In this document: positions 9,690-19,488 of the stretch, one piece after another
Numbering within the stretch: the stretch's first letter is position 1
Layout: each line of letters opens with the position of its first letter
NCBI GenBank assembly: GCA_023639215.1
Contig: CP097899.1
Span: 4,136,933-4,200,932 of the forward strand
Direction: 5' to 3'
DNA from: Candidatus Pristimantibacillus lignocellulolyticus
GTDB taxonomy: Bacteria > Bacillota > Bacilli > Paenibacillales > Paenibacillaceae
DNA length: 64,000 nt
Notes under the pieces: model-generated
Databases searched by the model: none
The model's input: the letters and a program-made list of their open reading frames with translations, nothing else
What the model was told of the DNA's origin: nothing
Translations under genes and position numbers: made by a program

Positions 9690-10768
9690 GTTGTACTCCC
9701 TTTCCTTTGTCGAAAATAGGTTGCTGCAAAAAGAGCAACTGTTAATGCTACTCCGAACCAGATTGAATACTTGTAGAAATAGTTATGGATAATATCTTGC
9801 ATCTTTATGTCGCTCACCCTAAAAATCGCGGGCATGGACATAATGGCTGTGCAGCTAATCGTAATCGTTTGTTGATAATTTGGAAATTGCTTTCCAAGTA
9901 AATCTGATAAAATATATATCAAAAGGGAAGTTCTAACGATGCTTCCCGCCATCAACTGAAAGACAGCTAAAAAATCTACATGACTAATATGACTCCCAAT
10001 CATAATAAGTCTCCATTGTTCAAATGCAGGAAATCTCATATATGCTGCCTGGGACGGACCGAAAACAGAGATCGCTCCCATAGTAGGTCCAAAAATTAAG
10101 CCTACTAGTAACGTAAGTAGCAAAAAAATACTTAAATAGTTCATGGGCTTAGTCAATTTATGTTGCAGGAATAATAAAACTAGCAAATCAATACTACCGC
10201 CAAACACAACTGCTCCACCACGTAGACTAGGATTCATTCCCTCTGTGAAGACAGGATGTAACAAACCATAGTCTTTGCTGCCAATGGTTGATATAGATAC
10301 GAAAATTCCTAATAACCATACGATTGGCAATAATACGGTTGACATATATACAATCGTTTTTAGTCCCGATCTTGCCGCGCAATAAGATATTGTAATAAAG
10401 CTTAAAATTACAATTAAGCTTGGTGTATTTGGAAGGAAATATATGCTTACGTTTGTTGTTGTATCAAAAATAATCATTATTCCAGCTGCAAGGAGATATA
10501 AAGTAATTGCACTGCAAATGATCCAAAAAACAAAAATCCCCATTCGAGATATTAGCCATTGATTAAACGATATAGAACGAATAGATTTTAGTATTAAATA
10601 TAATATAATGCTCCATCCCACCAATAACAGATAGGCGGCCAAAATACTAATCCAAGAATCTCGTCCTGCTTCCTTAAGAAGATGTGGGATTACAAGGACA
10701 TGATTTGATATGCCAAGTGAAAGTAACAACAAAAATATTATCTGAAGTCTAGAAAAGGATACATCCAT
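9686..10768 (-). CDS. spore germination receptor subunit B (GerAB/APC permease)
   Basis: Multi-TM protein, AGRDSWISI motif; 4-bp overlap with the A subunit; start moved to ATG 10768 behind GGAGG (ORF track gives 10819). Confidence 0.85.
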   Translation of the reverse strand: MDVSFSRLQIIFLLLLSLGISNHVLVIPHLLKEAGRDSWISILAAYLLLVGWSIILYLILKSIRSISFNQWLISRMGIFVFWIICSAITLYLLAAGIMIIFDTTTNVSIYFLPNTPSLIVILSFITISYCAARSGLKTIVYMSTVLLPIVWLLGIFVSISTIGSKDYGLLHPVFTEGMNPSLRGGAVVFGGSIDLLVLLFLQHKLTKPMNYLSIFLLLTLLVGLIFGPTMGAISVFGPSQAAYMRFPAFEQWRLIMIGSHISHVDFLAVFQLMAGSIVRTSLLIYILSDLLGKQFPNYQQTITISCTAIMSMPAIFRVSDIKMQDIIHNYFYKYSIWFGVALTVALFAATYFRQRKGSTT

Positions 10769-10908
10769 AACTTCCCTCCAAGTGAGTGATATATCAACAT
10801 TTTGTATATTCCCCCTCACCTGGTGTTATTATACATAATTGAGGTTTTAATTAAGCTTCATGTTATCCTTGCATGGAACTCATCTTAAGTGCGTTTGTAG
10901 ACATGAGG

Positions 10909-10948
10909 AAAAGCCATCGGTTGGGTTGAATCAAACGATGGCTTTTTT
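10909..10948 (-). terminator. terminator after the polysaccharide deacetylase gene
   Basis: aaaagccatcg / cgatggcttttt inverted repeat. Confidence 0.65.
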
Positions 10949-10953
10949 GTGTT

Positions 10954-11790
10954 CTATTTTTGATAAAATTCTTCAATTTTTCTTACAAGTGCTTCTCCAT
11001 CTAACGAAGACAAGCCGGCATTAATACGATAATATAAGCCATTCCCACCACGATCGTTAATCCCAGGTCTGATTAAAAATGCATGTTCAATGCCGATCTC
11101 ATCCATTACCTCTAACAGTTCTTCACTGTAAGCTCCATATGGAAAAGCTAAGATGTTAGCCTGTTCGCCAAGCTCCTTTACCAGCAACTCATGTGCGTGT
11201 TCTAAATCCTCACGAACTCGTGTTTTATACTCCTCTGATGTTTCACCATCTTGATAATTAGCTAATAATGGATACTTATCTTTCACTTCATTAATTTTTA
11301 TATGTGAATCATACGTATGGCTATATATGCTCATTCCATTAGCTTTCAGCTCTCTCATTTGATCCCAGGTCATATGAGGAAAATATTCCGGATTCGGCTC
11401 GTCTGATGATTTCACGACTACAAAATTAGTCGCAGGAAAGTGATGTTGCTGTAAAATTGGATAAGCGATCTCATAAAAATCTTCATAACCATCATCAAAT
11501 GTAATCAAAACTGATTTTTTAGGAAGCTCAATCTCCCCTTCCATATAATCTATATATTGCTCCATAGAGATTACATTAAATTCATGTTCAGAAAGTGAAT
11601 TCATCTGATCAGCAAAAACTTCTTTATTAATAGTAGCTGGATTACCTCTATAACCAAAGTCATGATACATTAGGACTGCTATCCCATTTGTCTTATTCAC
11701 GGTCATGGAAAATATTGCTATTAAACTAATAGCTAACGTTACAATAAAACTAAGTACGATGATAAACGATTTACGGTACAATTGCCCCAC
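10954..11790 (-). CDS. membrane-anchored polysaccharide deacetylase (CE4, IcaB/PgaB-like)
   Basis: VLMYHD, LITFDDGYEDF, SHTYDSH, LAFPYG motifs; N-terminal TM. Confidence 0.88.
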   Translation of the reverse strand: MGQLYRKSFIIVLSFIVTLAISLIAIFSMTVNKTNGIAVLMYHDFGYRGNPATINKEVFADQMNSLSEHEFNVISMEQYIDYMEGEIELPKKSVLITFDDGYEDFYEIAYPILQQHHFPATNFVVVKSSDEPNPEYFPHMTWDQMRELKANGMSIYSHTYDSHIKINEVKDKYPLLANYQDGETSEEYKTRVREDLEHAHELLVKELGEQANILAFPYGAYSEELLEVMDEIGIEHAFLIRPGINDRGGNGLYYRINAGLSSLDGEALVRKIEEFYQK

Positions 11791-12033
11791 TCCAATATCT
11801 ACTATTCGCCATCTGCAATTTGCTATTTAATAATATAAAAAATAATTATAAAATATTTAGTAGAATCCTGCAATTGAATAATTTAGTAAATCTACCTATC
11901 AATACATCCTTTAGATCAGCATTAAAGTTAGTAAGTGGACATGCTTTGTCTGAGATCCATAGTTGATGTGGATCATTTATATGCAGATTATACTTATTTA
12001 GCTGCTCGTCATGTGATTACCACTTAAAATACT

Positions 12034-12900
12034 TTATATAACCGTAACTTTAGATAAATCGGCTCCCATGCCCTTAAGTGATGCATAGGTTAGCTTATCC
12101 ATGATTGCGTCGTCAAAGCAGATTGTTTGGATGGAACGGTAATACTTATTAGTCAATGAAAAATACGCCTGAAAAGACACATTCTTTAGAGTAGCCCCCC
12201 TAAACGAAACTTCGTTTACTGCCGACTTGTCAAACTTAACGCCGATAAAAGTTTGCCCGTCAAGTCGCAACCCGCTGAGGTCGCAATATTTGAAGTCTAC
12301 TCCGTCAAAGACACAACTTTCAAAGTTCGTATTTCTCAGATCGATCATGTTTAGCGTGACTTCTGTCATATTGACCCCCTTGAATGTAACACCGACTAGA
12401 TCTGACTTGCTAATGTTGGTTCGTACAAGGATTGATTGTTTGAAGCTTGCATTCGCAAGCGTAGTGACAGTAAAGTTACAATCCGTCAGATTAGCTCTGT
12501 CAAAATTAGCTGCGCTTACGTCGCTCGCCTTAAATGAACTGCCCGTCAAATCTGCACCCTCGAAGTTGGAACCTATCAACCCGCTAGTATTAAATTGTCC
12601 CTTATGTGCAATTACACCAGCAAAGTCACTTTGCGTTAGGTTGCTCGCGCTAAAATTTGTCAGTAATTGCCGCTCCAGCGAGCGAGACAGATTAGCTACT
12701 TCTAGAATCGTTGCCTCGATGTCACCTATGCTTTCAATGGTCATATTAAACGCTGTTTCATCGTCTTTACCCTCTTCTTTAAGTTCATGATACCTCTCTT
12801 GTAAATCAGAGAGTAGGTCAGATTTTAATTCGGTAACACTTTTTACCCCATCGTAAGGCGTAAAAATACCGTTCAAATAATTGGTCAATTTCTGACTCAT
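12034..12900 (-). CDS. pentapeptide-repeat protein with N-terminal permease-prefix-like domain
   Basis: N-terminal EL..DL.ERY.EL..EG..DE.AF...IESIGDI segment, then A(D/N)LxxxxF pentapeptide repeats. Confidence 0.82.
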   Translation of the reverse strand: MSQKLTNYLNGIFTPYDGVKSVTELKSDLLSDLQERYHELKEEGKDDETAFNMTIESIGDIEATILEVANLSRSLERQLLTNFSASNLTQSDFAGVIAHKGQFNTSGLIGSNFEGADLTGSSFKASDVSAANFDRANLTDCNFTVTTLANASFKQSILVRTNISKSDLVGVTFKGVNMTEVTLNMIDLRNTNFESCVFDGVDFKYCDLSGLRLDGQTFIGVKFDKSAVNEVSFRGATLKNVSFQAYFSLTNKYYRSIQTICFDDAIMDKLTYASLKGMGADLSKVTVI

Positions 12901-12914
12901 ATGATCAAATCCCC

Positions 12915-13244
12915 TTATAATAAATTTTCAAGCACACGCTTAGCGTATTCCCAATTGTTTTTGTTACGGGAATGAGTTTCCCTCCCCTTTTCGGTTATTC
13001 TGAAATATTTGCGCCGGCCGCCTTGTGATTCGTCACCCCAATACCACTCGATATCCCCGTCTGCCTCAAGTCGTCGAACACTGGAATACATAGTAGCTTC
13101 TTTTAGTTCGTACTCACCGCCTGAACGCTCAGCAATTAACTTGACAATCTCGTACCCGTAGCGGTCAGCTTCGGATAATAACCGTAAAATCATCGTATCT
13201 GTATGTCCGCGCAGTAGGTCGGATGTAATTTTGTTCTCACTCAC
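12915..13244 (-). CDS. PadR family transcriptional regulator
   Basis: DRYGYEI...YELKEATMYSSVRRLE...GGRRKYFRIT motif. Confidence 0.92.
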   Translation of the reverse strand: MSENKITSDLLRGHTDTMILRLLSEADRYGYEIVKLIAERSGGEYELKEATMYSSVRRLEADGDIEWYWGDESQGGRRKYFRITEKGRETHSRNKNNWEYAKRVLENLL

Positions 13245-13263
13245 ATAATCACCTCATATTTGA

Positions 13264-13296
13264 ATAATACGAAATACTACCATGACTGTCAAGGTA
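13264..13296 (-). promoter_or_regulatory. sigma-A promoter of padR overlapped by a 19-bp palindromic operator
   Basis: TTGACA-N17-TATTAT on the minus strand; palindrome TACCATGACTGTCAAGGTA (13278-13296) covers the -35. Confidence 0.7.
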
Positions 13297-13419
13297 ATAT
13301 TATTGATTGATTACTTTTTCTATAATATAATGCCTTTCAATAAATTATCGATATAAATGCGGCCCCCTCAACTTCAACAGAGCGAATTACCGCTCTTGAT
13401 CTTATTAGAGGACTTCTTT

Positions 13420-13449
13420 GTCATATTTGGATATATGTAAGCATAGTAA
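13420..13449 (+). promoter_or_regulatory. candidate sporulation (sigma-E-like) promoter of the catalase gene
   Basis: TCATATT-N14-CATAGTAA resembles the kmATAtt-N14-CATACAwT consensus. Confidence 0.3.
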
Positions 13450-13484
13450 ATAATTGAACAAAAATCGAGACAGGAGGTTGATTT

Positions 13485-14900
13485 ATGGATTCAAATGATG
13501 AGTCTTTATATAGATTTCCAGAACAATCAACACAGCCAACTGGACCAGACAGTGATCAGCAAGCTTTACCTTGGCAGCAAGATGTACCAGCAGCTTTGCA
13601 TTCACAAACCGTTGGATCTAGAGGCCCAATACTAGAGCAGGATAGCAAATTACATGAGACAATGGAGCTATTTATACATACTAAAATTATTGATCGTCCT
13701 GTGCATGTCAAAGGCTATGGCGCTTTAGGTTATTTTGAAACAATAAACTCCATGGAAGCACATACCAAGCTGAATTTTTTACAAAATCCAGGTGATCAGG
13801 TTCCAGTTGCAGTAAGGTTTTCCTTAGCCGTCAGCAACCAGGGCACTCCTGATACGTCTCGTAATGTTCGTGGATTTTCAACTAAGTTTTATACGGATCA
13901 AGGTGTTTTCGATTTATTGTGCAATCATATTCCTGTTTTTTCAGTTCGAGATCCAATACGCTTCCCAGAATCAATTAATGCCTTCCTTCCATCTCCAACA
14001 AATAATTTAATAGACCCCGAAAGGTTCTGGAGTTTTATTGCTAGAGCACCAGAAGCAACAAACTTTCTTGTGTGGCTTTACTCAGATTACGGTACGGTTA
14101 AAAGCCTCCGCCATATTCGAGGTCACAGTGTTAACACCTATGTGTGGAGAAATGCTGAAGGCATTGTAACCTATGTAAAATACCACTGGCTTCCTATTGC
14201 TGGATTAGAATATATTGATCGACAAGAAGCAGCAAAGCTAGCTGGGGAGAATCCAGATTACTCAGGTAAAGATCTATACGACACACTTGCTGCAGGTGAA
14301 ATCGTAGAATATGGACTTTATGTGCAACTCATGGATCCTCGTGATGAGGCAATATTACCATTTGATCCACTTGATGATACGAAGGTATGGAACGAACAAC
14401 AATATCCTTTGCACGCTGTCGGTCGATTAGTGCTTAATCAAAATATGAAAAACTTTATGGAAGAAGTTGAAAAAATAGCATTTTCACCATCTAATCTTCT
14501 GGAAGGCGCTGAATTATCAGAAGATAAAATGTTACAGGGACGAACCAATATTTACTCAGATTCACAGCGTAGACGTATAGGACCTGATTTTCGAAAGCTT
14601 CCTATTAATCAGCAGCAGAATTGGACTCCAGAATCCCTTATAACGAGTGGTAGTGGAAAATATATAGCGGGGCAACTCATTCGTTCTGAAATACCGAAAA
14701 CAGATGATTTCACGCAAGCGGGGCAATTTTATGAAGATCTTACCCCTGAAGATCAAGAGCATTTAGTCGAGAATCTAGCGATTGATCTTGCTGCAATCGC
14801 TGATGATATTGCGCAAATTGTGTTAGGCTATCTCCACCAGTCATCTTCACAATTAGGAGAACGTGTTGCTGAACATATTCATATGCTTCAACAAAATTAA
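13485..14900 (+). CDS. small-subunit monofunctional heme catalase (divergent)
   Basis: TVGSRGPILEQD, distal His in RPVHVKG, RNVRGFSTKFYT, proximal Tyr in MLQGRTNIYSDSQ. Confidence 0.88.
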   Translation: MDSNDESLYRFPEQSTQPTGPDSDQQALPWQQDVPAALHSQTVGSRGPILEQDSKLHETMELFIHTKIIDRPVHVKGYGALGYFETINSMEAHTKLNFLQNPGDQVPVAVRFSLAVSNQGTPDTSRNVRGFSTKFYTDQGVFDLLCNHIPVFSVRDPIRFPESINAFLPSPTNNLIDPERFWSFIARAPEATNFLVWLYSDYGTVKSLRHIRGHSVNTYVWRNAEGIVTYVKYHWLPIAGLEYIDRQEAAKLAGENPDYSGKDLYDTLAAGEIVEYGLYVQLMDPRDEAILPFDPLDDTKVWNEQQYPLHAVGRLVLNQNMKNFMEEVEKIAFSPSNLLEGAELSEDKMLQGRTNIYSDSQRRRIGPDFRKLPINQQQNWTPESLITSGSGKYIAGQLIRSEIPKTDDFTQAGQFYEDLTPEDQEHLVENLAIDLAAIADDIAQIVLGYLHQSSSQLGERVAEHIHMLQQN

Positions 14901-14911
14901 TTAAATGATAG

Positions 14912-14939
14912 AAAAAAAGGGACCCTAGGGCCCCTTTTT
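14912..14939. terminator. bidirectional terminator between catalase and MFS genes
   Basis: A7-gggaccctagggcccc-T5. Confidence 0.7.
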
Positions 14940-14952
14940 ACTTTCTTCTAAA

Positions 14953-16263
14953 TTAGTTGAACGGAATATTTTGCGAAGCAGTTACATTTCGTTTACTTAT
15001 TGACCATATGATAACTGGGATTAGTAACAAAGCAAGTCCGCCACCAGCAAGTGAAAGCGTTGCATAACTTGAATGTGATACAACCATGCCAGATAGTGCT
15101 CCACCTGATGCCCCTGCTAGTGCAATTAAAACATCAATAGTTCCTTGAGTTTTTGCACGAGTTGTTGGATCAGTTGCATCTACAATGATTGCTGTACCGC
15201 TGATTAAGCCGAAATTCCAACCAATACCTAGTAATGCAAGAGCAACGATAAGTATTGCCATCGAATCCGGGGGAGCAATAGCCGCCACAATACCTGCAAG
15301 CAATAGAACCACCCCTGAAGCAATTGACATCGTAGTACGACCAAACTTATCGACTAATACTCCTGTTATTAGTGAGGGTAAATACATCGCTCCGATATGA
15401 ATACCAATAACTAATCCTATGTCCCCTAGACTATGACCATGATGTTTCATATGAATCGGAGTCATTGTCATAATCGCAACCATGACGATTTGCGTCAATA
15501 CCATTACTGTTGCCCCTACAACCAGTCCTCTGTTGTTACTAATGCGAGTTTTCTTATGGTCGACTGCAGGTGGAATATGTGCGTTATCCTTGGCTAGATC
15601 TCTTGCGACAAGCAATGGATCGGGGCGAAGAAAGAGCAATAGAACTAATCCTGCCAAGATAAATGCAGTAGCAGCTAGAATAAAAGGACCCGTTAGGGCT
15701 GGTAAACCTATTGAAGTAGCAAAACTGCCCGTAACTTCAACCGTATTTGGACCGGCAACAGCTCCGAAAGTAGTCGAAACCATTGCAATACTAATCGCCT
15801 TCGCACGCTGGTTCGGCTTAGCCAAATCTGTTCCTGCATAACGTGCTTGTAAGTTCGCTGCCGTTCCTGCTCCATAGATAAGCAGCGATATGAATAACAG
15901 CACCACACTATTCACTTGGGCGGCTACAATGACACCGATTGCTCCAAGTCCTCCAGTTAAAAATCCTCCGGCAAGCCCCAACCTGCGCCCATGCCGTTGT
16001 GAGAGTCGTCCTACTAGCAATGAAGCCACAGCAGAACCAAGCGTAAGCAATGCTGTAGGGATACCTGCATAACTTTCTGAGCCTAACATATCCTGCGCAA
16101 GTAGCGCACCTACCGTAACACCAGCAGCAAGTCCCGCTCCACCAAAAATTTGAGAAAGAACAATGATGAATAAGGATCTTTTATACAGCTTACGTTGCAT
16201 ATCTGTGGAATCGACGTAATTATGGTTACTACTATTCGTTCTACTCTGGGGTTCATGCGTCAT
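14953..16263 (-). CDS. MFS transporter (YdeG/YybF-like)
   Basis: 12 TM pattern; GRLSQRHGRR and LVDKFGR loop motifs. Confidence 0.88.
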   Translation of the reverse strand: MTHEPQSRTNSSNHNYVDSTDMQRKLYKRSLFIIVLSQIFGGAGLAAGVTVGALLAQDMLGSESYAGIPTALLTLGSAVASLLVGRLSQRHGRRLGLAGGFLTGGLGAIGVIVAAQVNSVVLLFISLLIYGAGTAANLQARYAGTDLAKPNQRAKAISIAMVSTTFGAVAGPNTVEVTGSFATSIGLPALTGPFILAATAFILAGLVLLLFLRPDPLLVARDLAKDNAHIPPAVDHKKTRISNNRGLVVGATVMVLTQIVMVAIMTMTPIHMKHHGHSLGDIGLVIGIHIGAMYLPSLITGVLVDKFGRTTMSIASGVVLLLAGIVAAIAPPDSMAILIVALALLGIGWNFGLISGTAIIVDATDPTTRAKTQGTIDVLIALAGASGGALSGMVVSHSSYATLSLAGGGLALLLIPVIIWSISKRNVTASQNIPFN

Positions 16264-16386
16264 CGCTTAGAACCACCTTTCTAGTTTTTATTAAGAGCAT
16301 TCCATTTAAGTTCTTGATTCATTATACAGCATATTAATAAGGTTATCGAAAAAAAACCACCGAATGATGCACGGAGGTTTGTTTTT

Positions 16387-17295
16387 CTAATTCATTGGAA
16401 AAGCATCATTTCGTGATACGTGAATCATATCGGGAGGAAAAGTTTTACGAAAGTACTTTTCAACGCGAACATGTATATTTCCCTTGTACCAATCTGATTG
16501 GCCGTTGTCTGTAAACAACTTTGGCATTCCGAGTCGCTCCGATCGTTTCCCCATAGCACCATCTCCAATTAGAAGCGTATCAATCCAAATTCGATCTACA
16601 ATACCTTCAAGCAATTTTGGGAAGTCCGGGGTAAAAGGCAAAACAGGCGAAATGGAAGCTTGCGTAGTTATCCCTGCTTCATGCAATTCTTTTAATGCTT
16701 TTAGTCGCAACTTGATCCCAGGAGCGAGCGGTGCAAATATTTGTTTAATATCATCCCGATCCGTTTCGATTGTCATAGAAACTAGAACTTCACTAATGTT
16801 CTTTAGCTTCACTAATAAATCAAGGTCTCTTACAATGAGTGGGCTTCGTGTCTGAATTTGAATCAAATCAGGAGGATATTCAATCATCGCTTCTAAAATT
16901 CGCCTTGTAATTTCTGCCTTACGTTCAATTGGCTGATATGGATCTGTGGCAGATGACATAAAAATATTTACTGGTTTGTTCTTTCTGCGAAGTTTGATAA
17001 CTTCATCTAGGTAATTCTCTGCGGCATTTGTTTTAATGTCCAGCCATTCTCCCCATGGAATGTCTTTGAACTTTTGAATGGGCATTTCTCTAACATAACA
17101 ATAACTACAAGAAAAGGCACAGCCGCTATAGGGATTCAACGTATGGGTAAATCCAACATCTAAATATCCTTTAGCTTCGCTTAAAATTTTCTTAGACATT
17201 ATATTTCTGATTTCAATGCTCATCTGAATCAATATCACTCTCGTTAGAGTTGAAAACTTGTAAGTATTGCGAATAATCATCAGAACTAAAGACAT
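16387..17295 (-). CDS. radical SAM protein, spore photoproduct lyase (SplB)-like family
   Basis: TLNPYSGCAFSCSYCYV (CxxxCxxC), SSATDPYQPIE motif; true start probably near 17223. Confidence 0.82.
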   Translation of the reverse strand: MSLVLMIIRNTYKFSTLTRVILIQMSIEIRNIMSKKILSEAKGYLDVGFTHTLNPYSGCAFSCSYCYVREMPIQKFKDIPWGEWLDIKTNAAENYLDEVIKLRRKNKPVNIFMSSATDPYQPIERKAEITRRILEAMIEYPPDLIQIQTRSPLIVRDLDLLVKLKNISEVLVSMTIETDRDDIKQIFAPLAPGIKLRLKALKELHEAGITTQASISPVLPFTPDFPKLLEGIVDRIWIDTLLIGDGAMGKRSERLGMPKLFTDNGQSDWYKGNIHVRVEKYFRKTFPPDMIHVSRNDAFPMN

Positions 17296-17453
17296 TAAGT
17301 GCTACCTTCGCTCCATTTATGTGTAATTGGTAGTTTTCTATCATATTTTACACTCCTTTACGGACATGAATGAAAATATTGTTTCAATAGTTCTATTATT
17401 AATACTTTTGCATTACAAATGTCTACCATTATAATAAAAGAATTGCAGTATAT

Positions 17454-17699
17454 TTGAAAGTAGGCACCTTTTTATCGTATAGGTGTCAGAAAGTATTGAC
17501 TCAGAATCTGCGGTCAATGGAAGAAGACAGGATTGTGATTCGTGAAGTCTTTGCTGAGGTTCCACTAACAGTAGAATATCAACTGTGTGAATTTGGCGAT
17601 TCGTTACGTCCTATAAGCTGCCTCTTAGATACTAATGAGGCAGCTTATTTATTAACTACTGATTCAAAGCTCCCCCGCTTTGTTCTAGTATCTTTTTAG
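17454..17699 (+). pseudogene. fragment of an HxlR-family winged-helix regulator
   Basis: QKVLTQNLRSMEED.IV.REVFAEVP..VEY.L.EFG.SL.PI matches only the C-terminal half of HxlR; no credible N-terminus or RBS. Confidence 0.65.
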
Positions 17700-17751
17700 C
17701 CTTCATCGTTAGATGAGTTTCCATTCGATTTTCAATTAGACGTTACAGTGA

Positions 17752-19344
17752 TTACTCAGCTAGCAACTTTAATATATATGACTTTAAATCGACAATCCGT
17801 AAGTGTTGTGGTTTTTGATCTGACCCACAAATGATAAGTGGAACAAGCGAGACTTCTTCATCAAGAGAGCCGTGACCTCCCCCTCCTATATGTAACGGTG
17901 AACTATTGCCAGAGAATTCATAGCCTGATTTTGCGGTAACTACTAGAAAGTTTCCATGATGTGAGTTTAATGCACCAGATAATCTTTGCAATCCATCAGG
18001 ATATTTACCATATGTGATCGACTGTTTATTATTATTTATTTTCAGATCTAATAGGTCAGTGTCCCCTTCAACCTTCCATTTTTGCTGGTAAGAATCGATT
18101 AACTTACCGTTAGTTTGATATTTTAGCTCTTTAGTTAAGTCTCCTCCTTGAATAACGTGTATCCAATCGTTTTCTTTCCATGATATAACATCGACACGAG
18201 GATCAGTTCTTAATAAATTAGCTATGTCGCTTAACTTATCCATTTGTAATGAGTAAACATATGCCATGGTCTCATTGATTGCTAACGCTATTTGAGTACT
18301 ATCCGTTACTGCTTCGTCTGGTTTTAAGACATGATAATCGTTGAAAAAGGAAGTTAGTTCTATTGAAGGATTATCTTCAGCAGATTTAATCTGACTCATT
18401 CCACTATCTCCAGTGATAATCAATGTGGCTTTTTTCAATGCTTCTTCCGCTGAACCAAAACTTTGTAATACAGAGGCGATTTGACTATCAAGTTCTTTAA
18501 GTCCATCTAGATCACTTGGGCCATTTCTATGAAGTTTTTGATCTAAATCAGGTAAATAAACAAAAGAGAAATCCGGTAATTTATTTTCTCTTATTAAGAA
18601 CTTGATATTTTGTATAGAAAAATTGTTGTTTAATCCTAAACGTTCAATTAAACCATCCGATAGTGTTTCTATGTCTTTGAGTGGATCGGAAAACGCACCT
18701 AATGATAAGTAATCTGGTCCTTTTACAGTGATTTTTCTTGGTAATGAAGTAGGTACTTCGATGAATGGTGGAATAGTTAGATTATGTTCAATTGTACCTC
18801 GATAGATGATACCGTTAATGCTACTTGATTTTAAGCCTAATGTATGTAAATCCTCATGAATGGTTGGCAGTTGAGGGTTTAAGTGACCACCGTTTAAATT
18901 TATGAGAGTGTTTACTAAAACGGAGTCTACTCCAAGTCTCATAACTTCAACTGGTCCTGTCCCGTAATTGATAAGTTTCTTTTCAACCTTAGAATACCAT
19001 GTCAAACCAGGAACGCGATGACCATCAGGATATGCTCCTGTAAAAAGTGAACTATCGATTGTAACAGACATGGTTGGGAATGAACTGACCATATTCTTAT
19101 AATATTGTCCGTGCTCAATCAGATATTTCATTGTGGGTAGTATATCTTGCTGAATTCCTCGATCGATGGATTGAGCCATTAATGAGTCAACAAGTAGATA
19201 GATAACTTTTTTCTTCTGTTCGCTCTTAGTTGATTTGACTTGCAGTAAATCTTGTTCTTTATCTTGATTAGGTTGAGCTGAACATCCTATTGTCATTATC
19301 AATAAAAAGATTGTTAGTATGAACATCATTGTTTTTTTTCTCAT
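17752..19344 (-). CDS. alkaline phosphatase superfamily lipoprotein (nucleotide pyrophosphatase/phosphodiesterase)
   Basis: Lipobox MTIGC; LLVDSL, SSFPTMS (Thr nucleophile), DQKLH, TGDSG, GGHGS metal motifs. Confidence 0.82.
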   Translation of the reverse strand: MRKKTMMFILTIFLLIMTIGCSAQPNQDKEQDLLQVKSTKSEQKKKVIYLLVDSLMAQSIDRGIQQDILPTMKYLIEHGQYYKNMVSSFPTMSVTIDSSLFTGAYPDGHRVPGLTWYSKVEKKLINYGTGPVEVMRLGVDSVLVNTLINLNGGHLNPQLPTIHEDLHTLGLKSSSINGIIYRGTIEHNLTIPPFIEVPTSLPRKITVKGPDYLSLGAFSDPLKDIETLSDGLIERLGLNNNFSIQNIKFLIRENKLPDFSFVYLPDLDQKLHRNGPSDLDGLKELDSQIASVLQSFGSAEEALKKATLIITGDSGMSQIKSAEDNPSIELTSFFNDYHVLKPDEAVTDSTQIALAINETMAYVYSLQMDKLSDIANLLRTDPRVDVISWKENDWIHVIQGGDLTKELKYQTNGKLIDSYQQKWKVEGDTDLLDLKINNNKQSITYGKYPDGLQRLSGALNSHHGNFLVVTAKSGYEFSGNSSPLHIGGGGHGSLDEEVSLVPLIICGSDQKPQHLRIVDLKSYILKLLAE

Positions 19345-19488
19345 AGTTAAAATATCCTCCTAATAGATACTAATGCGTTTGTTAGTTTTTCCATACTAGT
19401 GTCTATTTATGCCCATTATTTTCAATGACTTCGCGATCCTTGAACGACAAAAAGACGGCATTTCTGCCGTCTACAATTAATATGTGTA

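Noticed and set aside
12227-12790. 187-aa plus-strand ORF
   Set aside because: Fully antisense to the pentapeptide gene; Ser/Leu/Thr-rich shadow of the repeat codon pattern, with no motif or RBS
15185-16072. Several short ORFs inside the MFS gene
   Set aside because: Antisense or alternate-frame shadows of a hydrophobic gene
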